This document shows, piece by piece, positions 18,383 through 27,508 of a DNA stretch of 64,000 bases (its first letter is position 1; each line of letters starts with the position of its first letter). The stretch lies in contig JAWXBW010000047.1 of the NCBI GenBank assembly GCA_034440395.1, forward strand, positions 5,567-69,566, given 5' to 3'. The notes beneath the pieces were generated by a model. It was not told the DNA's origin. It worked only from the letters and a program-made list of their open reading frames with translations, and made no database searches. The stretch comes from Blastochloris sp. (lineage in GTDB: Bacteria; Verrucomicrobiota; Verrucomicrobiia; Methylacidiphilales; JAAUTS01). The position numbers were made by a program, and so were the translations under genes.

Positions 18383-20677
18383 TTAAGGCTGGGCGGTTTG
18401 CTTTTCCCGAACAGCCACGGCCGACTTCGGTGAGTTTTTATCCGTAATAACAATGAGGTCGCGCAAAATTCTTAAGGCTTCACGCAAATGAAGATCAGCC
18501 GCAAACATTTCCGCCGGAGTTAGCTCTTCGATTGGCTTACCATCTTCATCTTCATTATCTTGAAAGCGGGTCTTAGAGCTCTTAGGTGCCGCCGTGGTGC
18601 CTTCAAGATTATCAAAAGTAATGTTCAAAATGCTGGGGCTATCTTTGGATAAGGCTTTTATTGCCAACTTGCGCTCGTCTATGCGTTTTTTATCAGCACT
18701 TTTTTCTTCTTTTCGATCTATTTCGTTTAAGGAAACACGTTTATCCTCCAAACGTTTTTTAAGCCGCTCAATGTCGTCAAACATAAATTTAAAGTCAGGA
18801 TCTTTTTCAATCCTCGATTTAGAATTAAGCGCTAGCTCAGATATGGCACCGCCGACTCTGGGCTCCACCAAGCTAAAAGAAGCAGACGGAATTTCATCCC
18901 AAGGTAAGGCGTGAGGAAGTTTTTCTTCACCTAATTCTAAATAGTCATTAATAGAAGGAAGAATCACATCTGGAACCACACCACGGTTTTGAGTAGAGTG
19001 TCCGTTGGGTAAATAGAATTTTTGAATGGTTAATTTGATGGCGCCTGCATCTGGCTTTTTACCGAAGCTGGGTAAGATAAAATTATTAATCTCCGTCACA
19101 GTCTGAACCGTCCCCTTTCCATGAGTGCTCTTATCTCCAACAATGATGGCGCGTCCGTAATTCTGGAGTGCACCAGCCGCAATCTCAGAAGCGGAGGCAC
19201 TTAGCTTGTTGGTCATGACAATCAGGGGGCCGTCGTAAAAAGCTCCGCTTACTTGATCCTCAAGCCTCTGAATGCGTCCCTGAGGGTCTTTAACCTGAAC
19301 AACGGGTCCTTGGTCGATGAAAAGACCAACTAAACGCACGGCCTCGCCTAGCAGCCCGCCGCCGTTATTTCTCAAATCAAGCACGAGACCGTCAATCTTC
19401 TTTTCTTTTAATTTTTCAATAAGAATACGCACATCATCTGTCGTTCCAGAACTTTCTTGAGAATCCTTGCTTAGGGTCATTTTTTTATCATTAATCGGAC
19501 CGTAAAAGGAAGGGAGATCAATCACGCCTAAACGAATCGTTTCTCCATTAGGCCCCTTTTGTTCGATGAGTTTAGCCTTAGCTTTTTGGCTCGTGAGCTT
19601 GATCTCATCGCGCACCAGTTTAATTTCATTGCGAAGGGAAGAATCGGCAGTGGCGGGTATGATGTTGAGTCGCACGGTGGAGCCTTTTTCTCCGCGAATC
19701 AGACGCACGGCGTTGCGCAACTTCATATCAACAATGTCGATGTATTCCTTGCTTCCTTGAGCTACGGCTACGATACGGTCATTCACCTTCAGTCGTTTAT
19801 CTAAATCGGCTGGCCCGCCGGGGATAATTTCTTTAATCGTACAATAACCATCCTCGGTGGAGAGCACAGCACCTATTCCGAAAAGGGAGTTATTCATGTT
19901 AATAGCAAAATCTTCTAATGCGCTAGGCCCCAAATATTGACTGTGGGGGTCGTAGAGCATGGAGAGAGATGAGAGATAGGTCTGGATGATTTCCTCCTGA
20001 TCTGTTTCTCCAAAAGTTTTACGTAACTGGCTGTAACGTTTCTTCAAGCGATCCATAGGATTGGCTTCCTTCTTTTCGGCCAAGCGATGAACTAAAAAAT
20101 CATACTTTATTTTTTGTTCCCAAAGTAAGTCCGCCTCCTTGTCGTTTGCGGGCCAAGGGGATTTGCCCCGATCTGGTGCATAGAAATCTTTTTGAGTAAA
20201 ATCAAAGGGTTCTTCCATTCTCTGGGCTACTTTGTCCAAACGTGTATTTAGTCGTTTCTTGAAAACGGCAAAAATATCAAAGGCCGCATCCAGATTACCT
20301 TCCGAAATTTTTTTCCCCAGCGTGCCGCCATACTTGCTTTCAAAGAGATCTAAATCTGATTGTAGAAAAAAGAGATGATTATAGTCCAAGCTCTTCATAT
20401 ATGCATCAATCCATTCCTTGGATGTTTCTGCATCAATGGGGTGCTTGGCGAAATGTTGTTCCTGAAGAAATCTGGCAATAAGCTCAGCCGCTTTCTGATA
20501 GACTTGTAGTGACTCGGCACGGGGTGCCTTCTGCTCAGTAGTAGGTTGAACCTGAGTTTCTTTGAGTTCAACTTTAGGCTCTATTTTTTCTTTAGCAGAG
20601 CAGCCCGTGACGAGTGCTATAATAGAAAAAATAACAAGAAGTAAACTTAACGATTTTTTATGGTCATATAATAACAT
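18383..20677 (-). CDS. S41-family carboxy-terminal processing (tail-specific) protease
   Basis: 764 aa. Lipoprotein-like signal (LLLVIFSIIALVTGC), a PDZ region, LDLRNNGGGLL, and the catalytic SASASEI...HGKGTVQ. Confidence 0.85.
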   Translation of the reverse strand: MLLYDHKKSLSLLLVIFSIIALVTGCSAKEKIEPKVELKETQVQPTTEQKAPRAESLQVYQKAAELIARFLQEQHFAKHPIDAETSKEWIDAYMKSLDYNHLFFLQSDLDLFESKYGGTLGKKISEGNLDAAFDIFAVFKKRLNTRLDKVAQRMEEPFDFTQKDFYAPDRGKSPWPANDKEADLLWEQKIKYDFLVHRLAEKKEANPMDRLKKRYSQLRKTFGETDQEEIIQTYLSSLSMLYDPHSQYLGPSALEDFAINMNNSLFGIGAVLSTEDGYCTIKEIIPGGPADLDKRLKVNDRIVAVAQGSKEYIDIVDMKLRNAVRLIRGEKGSTVRLNIIPATADSSLRNEIKLVRDEIKLTSQKAKAKLIEQKGPNGETIRLGVIDLPSFYGPINDKKMTLSKDSQESSGTTDDVRILIEKLKEKKIDGLVLDLRNNGGGLLGEAVRLVGLFIDQGPVVQVKDPQGRIQRLEDQVSGAFYDGPLIVMTNKLSASASEIAAGALQNYGRAIIVGDKSTHGKGTVQTVTEINNFILPSFGKKPDAGAIKLTIQKFYLPNGHSTQNRGVVPDVILPSINDYLELGEEKLPHALPWDEIPSASFSLVEPRVGGAISELALNSKSRIEKDPDFKFMFDDIERLKKRLEDKRVSLNEIDRKEEKSADKKRIDERKLAIKALSKDSPSILNITFDNLEGTTAAPKSSKTRFQDNEDEDGKPIEELTPAEMFAADLHLREALRILRDLIVITDKNSPKSAVAVREKQTAQP

Positions 20678-20891
20678 AATCTAAGCATCAGCGTAGGGCA
20701 TCTAACCCGTTTGTCACGTTACAGATGAGAAAGGCCGCAAGGAAACGCTTCTTAGGAGAGCAAAAACTGCCTATTATTCTAGACTTTTGGAGGCTCCATC
20801 CACCTATTTATCTTACGATTGCAGAAACATTATTTACTGCTAATCTCCCTTCATGTGTGGTTTGTCATCAACGTTGTTCTGGAACAGGCCT

Positions 20892-22265
20892 ATGCCCGGC
20901 TTCTTTGCGCTGGTGGCTATTTTGGTTTATAGCAGCTTGAGCCTGCCCTGCTCTGCCCAGACTGCCCCCACAGAACCCCTTAATGAAAAACTAAGCCCCA
21001 GCCAGCGTTTATCCCCCCAGGCCTTTCACGGGGAGGCTCTTAGTCTAAGCATGTGCTATGAATTAGCCCTTCTACGCATGGAGACTTTAGGGCTCAGCGA
21101 ACAAGACGTGCGCATCGCCCAAGCCCGCTACCGTGAGGCTATCGGCGCAGTTCTTCCTAGTGTCAAAGTAATCGGAGAACAATACATCTTTAAAGATCGT
21201 GGTAACGACTTTGGCTCCCCCGTTTCAGGGGGCGGCTTTAGTAGTGAAAATTTGCAACCCCGCCAAGCCCGCGTGAACCTTAAAGTCCCCCTCTTCTCGG
21301 GTCTGCGCGATATCGAGATAGCTAGGGCAGCTCGTGCTGAAATTGACGGAAATAGGCTAACCGCTGCCCGCCTGCGCCAAAACCTCTACCTTAACGTAGC
21401 CGAATCCTATTACCAAACCCTAAACTATGAGGCCGATCTGCGCCTCCTTGCTTCTATTGAAAAAACTCTCCTGGAACGTAACGATGTCCTAGAAAAACGC
21501 GTTAAACTCGGTAAGTCCCGCGACAGTGAACAATTCCAAGCCCGCACCACACTAGCCCAAGCCCGTGTTAGCGTGGAAAAAACTAAAGGCCTCCTCGCCG
21601 CCACTCGCGAAATGCTCGCCTTCCTCATCGGAGTTCCTGCCACTCAGTGGAATCTGCAGCCAGACCTGACCGCCACGCCCAGTGGCTTAGAGTTAGGCTC
21701 TTACCTCTCCCTCACCGCCAATCGCCCAGACGTGTTGGCTGCCGTCCAGTCCCAACGCTCTGCCCGAGCCCAACTCTCCGCCGCCAAAGGCGAACATTTT
21801 CCTAAAGTGTCCTTTGAAGGAAACTACACCTTTTACGATTCTGACAGCCAACGTGATGGGGATTGGTCGGGCTTCCTTACCTTAGAAATTCCTCTCTTTG
21901 ATGGTGGCTCGATCGAAGCGCGGGTAGATCAAAACAAAGCGCTCTTCACTAAGAAGAAGCTCGACCTCTCCCAGCTTGAGCGCGAGGCCGAACGCGACGT
22001 GCGCACGACTTTTAACCAATTTAACGCTTCCCTCGCTGAGCTGGCCAGCCTCCGTGAGGCGGTTAAAACAGCAGAGCTTAATTTCCAAGCACAACAGTCT
22101 GATTACGATCTCCGCGTCGTCAATAACCTCGACGTGTTGGACGCACTGCAAACCCTCCATGATTTGCGCCGTAACGAAAGTGCTGCCCGGACCGACGTGC
22201 GCCTTAATTTAATCAAACTTTACATAGCCGCTGGTGCCACGGGAACTCAGCTAACTAAGAAATAA
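20892..22265 (+). CDS. TolC-family outer-membrane efflux protein
   Basis: Signal peptide MPGFFALVAILVYSSLSLPCSAQ from ATG 20892 (the track ORF starts at 20853). Two OEP repeats are present (VNLKVPLFSGLRD..., LTLEIPLFDGGSIEARV). Confidence 0.85.
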   Translation: MPGFFALVAILVYSSLSLPCSAQTAPTEPLNEKLSPSQRLSPQAFHGEALSLSMCYELALLRMETLGLSEQDVRIAQARYREAIGAVLPSVKVIGEQYIFKDRGNDFGSPVSGGGFSSENLQPRQARVNLKVPLFSGLRDIEIARAARAEIDGNRLTAARLRQNLYLNVAESYYQTLNYEADLRLLASIEKTLLERNDVLEKRVKLGKSRDSEQFQARTTLAQARVSVEKTKGLLAATREMLAFLIGVPATQWNLQPDLTATPSGLELGSYLSLTANRPDVLAAVQSQRSARAQLSAAKGEHFPKVSFEGNYTFYDSDSQRDGDWSGFLTLEIPLFDGGSIEARVDQNKALFTKKKLDLSQLEREAERDVRTTFNQFNASLAELASLREAVKTAELNFQAQQSDYDLRVVNNLDVLDALQTLHDLRRNESAARTDVRLNLIKLYIAAGATGTQLTKK

Positions 22266-22301
22266 GGTTGAAGCACTTCACCTTAATTAACCTTCGATTT
22301 A

Positions 22302-25300
22302 TTGACTATGAGTTTAACTGAAATATCTGTCCGCCGTCCCGTCTTTGCTTGGATGCTCATGTCCGCCCTGATTATTTTTGGGGCGATTTGTTTTGGTCGG
22401 CTCGGGGTCAGCCTCTTGCCTGACGTAGAAGTTCCTAACGTCTTGGTGCAGATATCTTGGCCAGGTGCCGCACCAGAAGTAATGGAGACGGAAATCGTAG
22501 ACCAGATGGAACAAGCACTGGTCAATGTCTCAGGTATTAAAAACCTCAACTCAACCATTTTTCAAGGCAGCGCGCAAATTAGCCTTGAGTTTTACCCCGG
22601 TCGTAACGCCGACGCCGCCCTTCTCGAAGTTCAGACCAATATCAACCGCGTCCGACTCCCTCTTCAAGTGGAGCAACCACTCATCCTCAAGGTTAACCCA
22701 ACCGATCAAGAAATCATGTGGCTAGGTATCAGCAGTAATGAGCGCAGTATGTTAGAGCTGACAGTCTATGCCGAACGCTATTTGCGAGATAAATTTCAAG
22801 TCCTGCCTGGGGTTGGGCAACTCATCCTCAGTGGTTTTGCTGAGCGCAACTTACGTGTCTGGGTCGATCACGATAAATTGTCGCAATATGACCTCACCAT
22901 CCTCGACGTGCAGAATGCGCTCCGCACCCAGCACGTCGAACAGGCCGCTGGAATTTTAGAAAATAAGCAGCAAGAAATTAACGTCCGCCTCATGGGTGAA
23001 GGCATGACGACGGCGGAAGTCGGGGAAATTCTCATCAAACAACGCGGTGGCCTACCCATTTATAATTCCGTCATCCGCCTGAGCGACGTAGCTCTAATAG
23101 AAGACGGCCTCAATGATGTGCGCTCCATCACCAAGATAGCTGGAGTGCGTGGTGGCGGGATCGGGTTCCGCAAACAGCGCGGAGCTAACTCCATTGAGGT
23201 GGCAAACGCGATCAAAAAAACGATCGAAGAGATTCGGCCAACTTTACCCAAAGATATTAAGATTGAAATGAACTACGACGAGTCGAAGTTCACGTCTGAG
23301 GCGGTGGAGGAGACGGAATTTACCCTGATCATTTCTGCTATTCTTACCGCCCTTGTTTGCTGGCTTTTCCTCGGCTCCCTTTCCAGCACTTTTAACGTCA
23401 CCATGTCTATCCCAACTTCTGTTCTGGGAACTTTTATTATTCTCTACTTTTTTGGTTTTACCCTAAACATGTTTTCTTTATTAGCACTATCACTAGCTAT
23501 CGGCGTAGTGGTAGACGACGCCATCATGGTGCTGGAAAACATCGTCCGGCACATGGAGATGGGGAAAGATCGTGTACAAGCCGCTATAGATGGCACGAAG
23601 GAGATTACGGGCCCAGCCATTGCTTCCACTCTGGCTGTTATCGCCGTTTTCCTCCCTGTTGCCTTCGTCCAAGGAACCGTTGGCCAGTTTCTCTTTCAAT
23701 TCGGCATAACGATTTCCGCCGCCGTGGCACTCTCCCTCGTCGAGGCCCTCACCCTTACGCCCATGCGTTGCTCCATCTTCCTCTCCGTTAAGCGCGGTAA
23801 TTTTATCACCAAGGGCGTGGATTCTTTCATGGAAAGGCTGACGCTCTCTTATCGACAAGCTCTACCTTTCTGCCTGCACCACCGGCTCCTTATCTTCGGG
23901 GCATTCATCGTTATCTTTTTAGTAACGCTTTTCGTTGCGACGAAAGTTCCTGGTGAATTCTCCCCAGCTCAAGACCAAGGCACGCTCCTCGTGCGCTTTG
24001 AAACACCCGTCGGCTCATCCCTCCCCTACACAGAAGAGCGTTTAGCGGAAGCGGAAAAAATCATTTCGGCACGTCCAGAAACGCGCACCTATTTCTTAGC
24101 CGCTGGCAGTTTCTTTGATGGGAATGTTAACAATGGAATCATGTTCGTTGATTTGAAGCCTAAGTCGGAACGTAAACTCACCCAGCAGGAGATGATGTTA
24201 GAATTAAGACCTGAACTTGAAAAAATCCCGAATTTAAAATCCTTTCTTATCGATCTTTCTAAAGGTGGTCCCGACGGCGGTCTAGGCTTCCCCATCACCT
24301 TTACTCTGCAAGGACCTAACTTGAATGTGCTTAAAACTGAGTCGAGCCGCTTGATTGATTGGATGAAAAAAGAGAATTTAGCCGTGGACTTAAACACGGA
24401 CTTTAAGGAGGGCCAACCCGAACTACGTGTCACCATAGATCGAGCAGCCGCCTCAGCACGCGGCGTAACGGTGCAAGCTGTTTCCGAAACCATCGCAGCA
24501 GCCGTCGGCGGCGTGCGCGAGGGTAAGTTCACCAACGATGACCGTCGCTATGATGTGCGCATACGTTTGCAAGCAGACGAGCGCACCCAAGTCGAAGATT
24601 TAGATAAACTCACCGTGCGTAATATCTATGGAGAAATTGTTCCAATCAAAGAAGTAATCAAAACAGAACTAGTTTCCAGCCTGCAAACCATTTCCCGTCG
24701 CAACCGAGAGCGTTCCATCACTCTTACGGGAAACCCAGCTCCTGGCATCGCTGAAAATATTTCACTGGCTCGGATTAAGGAATATGCAGCCCAGACCTTG
24801 CCCTCAGGCTATCGTTTGATTCCTTCTCAATCCGCTGAGACCAATGCACAGTTCGGTAAGGATATGGGTCTAGCATTAGCTTTAGGGCTTCTAGTCGCTT
24901 ATATGATTTTAGCGGCACAATTTAACAGTTTTGCGCAACCTTTAATTATTCTCTTAGCCATACCCTTTGCCTTAAGCGGAGCCGCCTTAGGACTTTTTGC
25001 CTTTGGCCAAACATGGAATCTTTTCAGCATCATCGGTCTTCTTTTATTGTTCGGAATCGTAAAGAAAAATTCCATTTTGCTTGTGGAATTCACCGATAAA
25101 GTGCGAGAACATGAAAAGCTAGCGCCAGACGATGCCTTGCTAAAAGCCTGTCCTATTCGCCTGCGTCCTGTGCTCATGACTTCTTTTGCCACCATAGCAG
25201 CCGCTATTCCCCCAGCCCTCGCCTTTGGGCCTGGAGCGGAGAGCCGTGTGCCGATGGCTTTAACCATCCTTTGCGGCTCTCTAGTTTCCATGTTAGCCAC

Positions 25301-25406
25301 TTTGTTTATTGTCCCCTGCGCTTACAGTTTAGTGGAAAGTATCCGGACGTGGCTTAGGAGTAAATTTTTTAACGTGCCGGCGTCGCCCTCCCCTTCATCA
25401 TCTTAA
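22302..25406 (+). CDS. RND-family (AcrB/AcrD/AcrF-type) inner-membrane efflux transporter
   Basis: 1034 aa with an N-terminal ISVRRPVFAWMLMSALIIFG, LSLAIGVVVDDAIMVLENI, and a 12-TM architecture with two large periplasmic loops. Confidence 0.9.
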   Translation: MTMSLTEISVRRPVFAWMLMSALIIFGAICFGRLGVSLLPDVEVPNVLVQISWPGAAPEVMETEIVDQMEQALVNVSGIKNLNSTIFQGSAQISLEFYPGRNADAALLEVQTNINRVRLPLQVEQPLILKVNPTDQEIMWLGISSNERSMLELTVYAERYLRDKFQVLPGVGQLILSGFAERNLRVWVDHDKLSQYDLTILDVQNALRTQHVEQAAGILENKQQEINVRLMGEGMTTAEVGEILIKQRGGLPIYNSVIRLSDVALIEDGLNDVRSITKIAGVRGGGIGFRKQRGANSIEVANAIKKTIEEIRPTLPKDIKIEMNYDESKFTSEAVEETEFTLIISAILTALVCWLFLGSLSSTFNVTMSIPTSVLGTFIILYFFGFTLNMFSLLALSLAIGVVVDDAIMVLENIVRHMEMGKDRVQAAIDGTKEITGPAIASTLAVIAVFLPVAFVQGTVGQFLFQFGITISAAVALSLVEALTLTPMRCSIFLSVKRGNFITKGVDSFMERLTLSYRQALPFCLHHRLLIFGAFIVIFLVTLFVATKVPGEFSPAQDQGTLLVRFETPVGSSLPYTEERLAEAEKIISARPETRTYFLAAGSFFDGNVNNGIMFVDLKPKSERKLTQQEMMLELRPELEKIPNLKSFLIDLSKGGPDGGLGFPITFTLQGPNLNVLKTESSRLIDWMKKENLAVDLNTDFKEGQPELRVTIDRAAASARGVTVQAVSETIAAAVGGVREGKFTNDDRRYDVRIRLQADERTQVEDLDKLTVRNIYGEIVPIKEVIKTELVSSLQTISRRNRERSITLTGNPAPGIAENISLARIKEYAAQTLPSGYRLIPSQSAETNAQFGKDMGLALALGLLVAYMILAAQFNSFAQPLIILLAIPFALSGAALGLFAFGQTWNLFSIIGLLLLFGIVKKNSILLVEFTDKVREHEKLAPDDALLKACPIRLRPVLMTSFATIAAAIPPALAFGPGAESRVPMALTILCGSLVSMLATLFIVPCAYSLVESIRTWLRSKFFNVPASPSPSSS

Positions 25407-25527
25407 AACCGTAAACGCTGAGCGAGCCCTCCGCATTCCTTTATTGCCTTTTACATCCATCTGTACAAAGTAATGAAGGAGTTCGTTAAAAACCCTATTA
25501 TACCTAACCCCAACCTAGGAAAAACTT

Positions 25528-25629
25528 ATGTCAAAAGCCCAAGATTCTCGTAAAGAAACCAAAAAGAAACCCGCCAAAACCAAATCGGAAAAGAAAGCTG
25601 CTAAGATCGAGAAGCAGAAAAATCGCTAA
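25528..25629 (+). CDS. Possible small lysine-rich protein (33 aa)
   Basis: Below the track length cut-off. An AGGAAAAA site lies 6-8 nt upstream of ATG 25528. Translation: MSKAQDSRKETKKKPAKTKSEKKAAKIEKQKNR*. Support is ORF plus RBS only. Confidence 0.35.
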   Translation: MSKAQDSRKETKKKPAKTKSEKKAAKIEKQKNR

Positions 25630-25745
25630 GCCTTCTAACTTAACTTTCGCATGCGCTGTGCAGTAAATTAGGACGGCACACCTTTCTCCGCACCTAGCCT
25701 AAAATCTGGCTAGTTATTTAAAAGCTCTTCGCTATATTGTTCTCC

Positions 25746-26093
25746 ATGTTACGCCATTTACTGAAGTCTAAGCTGCACCGTGCCTTCATCACGGACGCCA
25801 ATGTCGAATACGAAGGGAGCATCACGATCCCTGAAGATCTCATGGGCTTGACCAATCTTTGGGAGGGCGAAAAAGTCCTCGTTACCTCCATCACGAGTGG
25901 TGCACGATTAGAAACGTATGTGCAAAAGGGCGTGGCTGGTTCTGGTAAAATTATTGTGAATGGCGGGGCTGCTCATCTCATTAAACAAGGGGAGCGTGTG
26001 AGTATCATGGCCTTTGCCAGCTCCGATATTCCGATCGAACCCCGGCGGATTCTTTGCAATGATCAGAATGAAGTTATCTCGACCTATCGTTAA
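25746..26093 (+). CDS. panD: Aspartate 1-decarboxylase (pyruvoyl-dependent)
   Basis: MLRHLLKSKLHRAFITDANVEYEGSITI carries the Gly-Ser self-cleavage site, followed by VNGGAAHL. ATG 25746 is preferred over the track's TTG 25737. Confidence 0.9.
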   Translation: MLRHLLKSKLHRAFITDANVEYEGSITIPEDLMGLTNLWEGEKVLVTSITSGARLETYVQKGVAGSGKIIVNGGAAHLIKQGERVSIMAFASSDIPIEPRRILCNDQNEVISTYR

Positions 26094-26109
26094 CCAAAGC
26101 AAAGCGTAG

Positions 26110-26859
26110 TTAAAGAAAATCTGCGATCCGCACGCCAGGATCGTGCCCGACGAGGACATAGGCATTCATTTCGTCATACCATGTTGCGATTGGTAACCCA
26201 CCGATACGGGTGATTTCCTTCACTTGCCGCTCAGGCAAATTCCCGAGTATTTGCCTATTTAAAATGAATAAGTGGGCTACTTGATTTTGCTGATCTTTAA
26301 AACAAACCATGGCTAAGCGGTGACCTCTCCAGTCGATGACACGACATCCAAAGGCCTTACTCTGACCGATGCCACCACTCACGTTAATGCGTGAAGCTAA
26401 TTTCTGAGCAATCACCCAGTCTATGACCTGGCCTTGCTCTTGAGATGTGTAATCTAGATTCATGCCCTGATCGATAAAGCTCCCGGCTAATTGTGCTACG
26501 TCATCACGATATTCGGCTAGAGTAGGCTTAAGAAGGGATGTTGGCCGCATGAAAATCCCTAAACCTAAAACAACGAAAAGAACCGCTGCTAAAGCCCAGC
26601 CGTAAGGATGATTCCACCAAGGTTTGCTCAAGCATTCTTGCCGAGAGGTAAGGATGGTAGTTTTTAAATCTTTAGGCACACAACAGCAAGAAAGTTTGTC
26701 ACAGATTAGACGGTCAAAAGTCTGTTGCTCTGCCAACCACTGCGCTAGCTCGGGATCACATTTAGCCTGCTCCAACGCTTCTTTCATACGTGGATCTTGC
26801 GCCTCCTGACCATCGGGTCGATAGGCACTTAAGAGTAGTTTAGCTTCTGAATTATCCAC
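26110..26859 (-). CDS. Membrane-anchored anti-sigma factor (putative)
   Basis: 249 aa, with an 8-nt overlap with the upstream ECF sigma gene. It has a single TM segment (WALAAVLFVVLGLGIFM) between a cytoplasmic N-domain and an extracytoplasmic C-domain. The call rests on context and topology. Confidence 0.6.
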   Translation of the reverse strand: MDNSEAKLLLSAYRPDGQEAQDPRMKEALEQAKCDPELAQWLAEQQTFDRLICDKLSCCCVPKDLKTTILTSRQECLSKPWWNHPYGWALAAVLFVVLGLGIFMRPTSLLKPTLAEYRDDVAQLAGSFIDQGMNLDYTSQEQGQVIDWVIAQKLASRINVSGGIGQSKAFGCRVIDWRGHRLAMVCFKDQQNQVAHLFILNRQILGNLPERQVKEITRIGGLPIATWYDEMNAYVLVGHDPGVRIADFL

Positions 26860-27412
26860 GGGATTCTCCTTGACGTTGGCCTTCTTGATAGGGGCTTAGA
26901 TGTATAATTTTAGCAGAAGTTTCTTGTGTAGCTTGGTGTAGTTTTTTCTTCAATTCTTGTTTACCTCTCGAAAGTCGCGACATGACCGTGCCTATGGGTA
27001 TGTCTAAGATTTCAGCTATTTCCTGATAGGAATGTTGTTGTAAGTAAAAAAGCGTAAGGGGTGCGCGGTAAAGGTCATCTACTTTTTGTAAAGCCAGCAT
27101 GACAGAGTCCCCGTCTAATTTAGTGGCTATCTCCGAAATGACCACGGGCAGCTCGTGTTCGACTTCACTCACTTCGATTTCAGGGAACTTAAGAAGGCGA
27201 CGGCGCGAGCCGAGGAATTCGCGGTGCAAGGTCGTAAAGAGCCAAGTCTTAACTTTTGTGCGGTCAAGAAGCTGATGTCCCTTCGTAGCCCAGCGGTAGA
27301 AAGTCTGCTGTGTTAGATCAGCTGCGTCGGCCTCCCGTTGGCTAAGGCTGTAACCGAAGCGGTAGAGCGGCTCGTAATACTGCTCAACCAATTGTTCAAA
27401 TGAAAAATCCAT
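26852..27412 (-). CDS. ECF-type RNA polymerase sigma-70 factor
   Basis: 186 aa. Region 2 is LYRFGYSLSQREADAADLTQQTFYRW. Region 4 is LQQHSYQEIAEILDIPIGTVMSRLSRGKQEL. Confidence 0.85.
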   Translation of the reverse strand: MDFSFEQLVEQYYEPLYRFGYSLSQREADAADLTQQTFYRWATKGHQLLDRTKVKTWLFTTLHREFLGSRRRLLKFPEIEVSEVEHELPVVISEIATKLDGDSVMLALQKVDDLYRAPLTLFYLQQHSYQEIAEILDIPIGTVMSRLSRGKQELKKKLHQATQETSAKIIHLSPYQEGQRQGESRG

Positions 27413-27508
27413 CTCGTGTAAGACTAGCTAGACCCCAGCTTTATTCCAACTTTTTCAAATAAATGATTACAAGAAAATCGAGGCATAAGTTATGCTTACT
27501 TTAAATCT

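Noticed and set aside
27421-27447. ECF-type promoter candidate GGAAT-N17-AGTCT (minus strand) upstream of the ECF sigma gene.
   Set aside because: The -10-like element ends only 8 nt before the ATG, which would imply a leaderless transcript. The match is to a loose consensus and is too weak to call.
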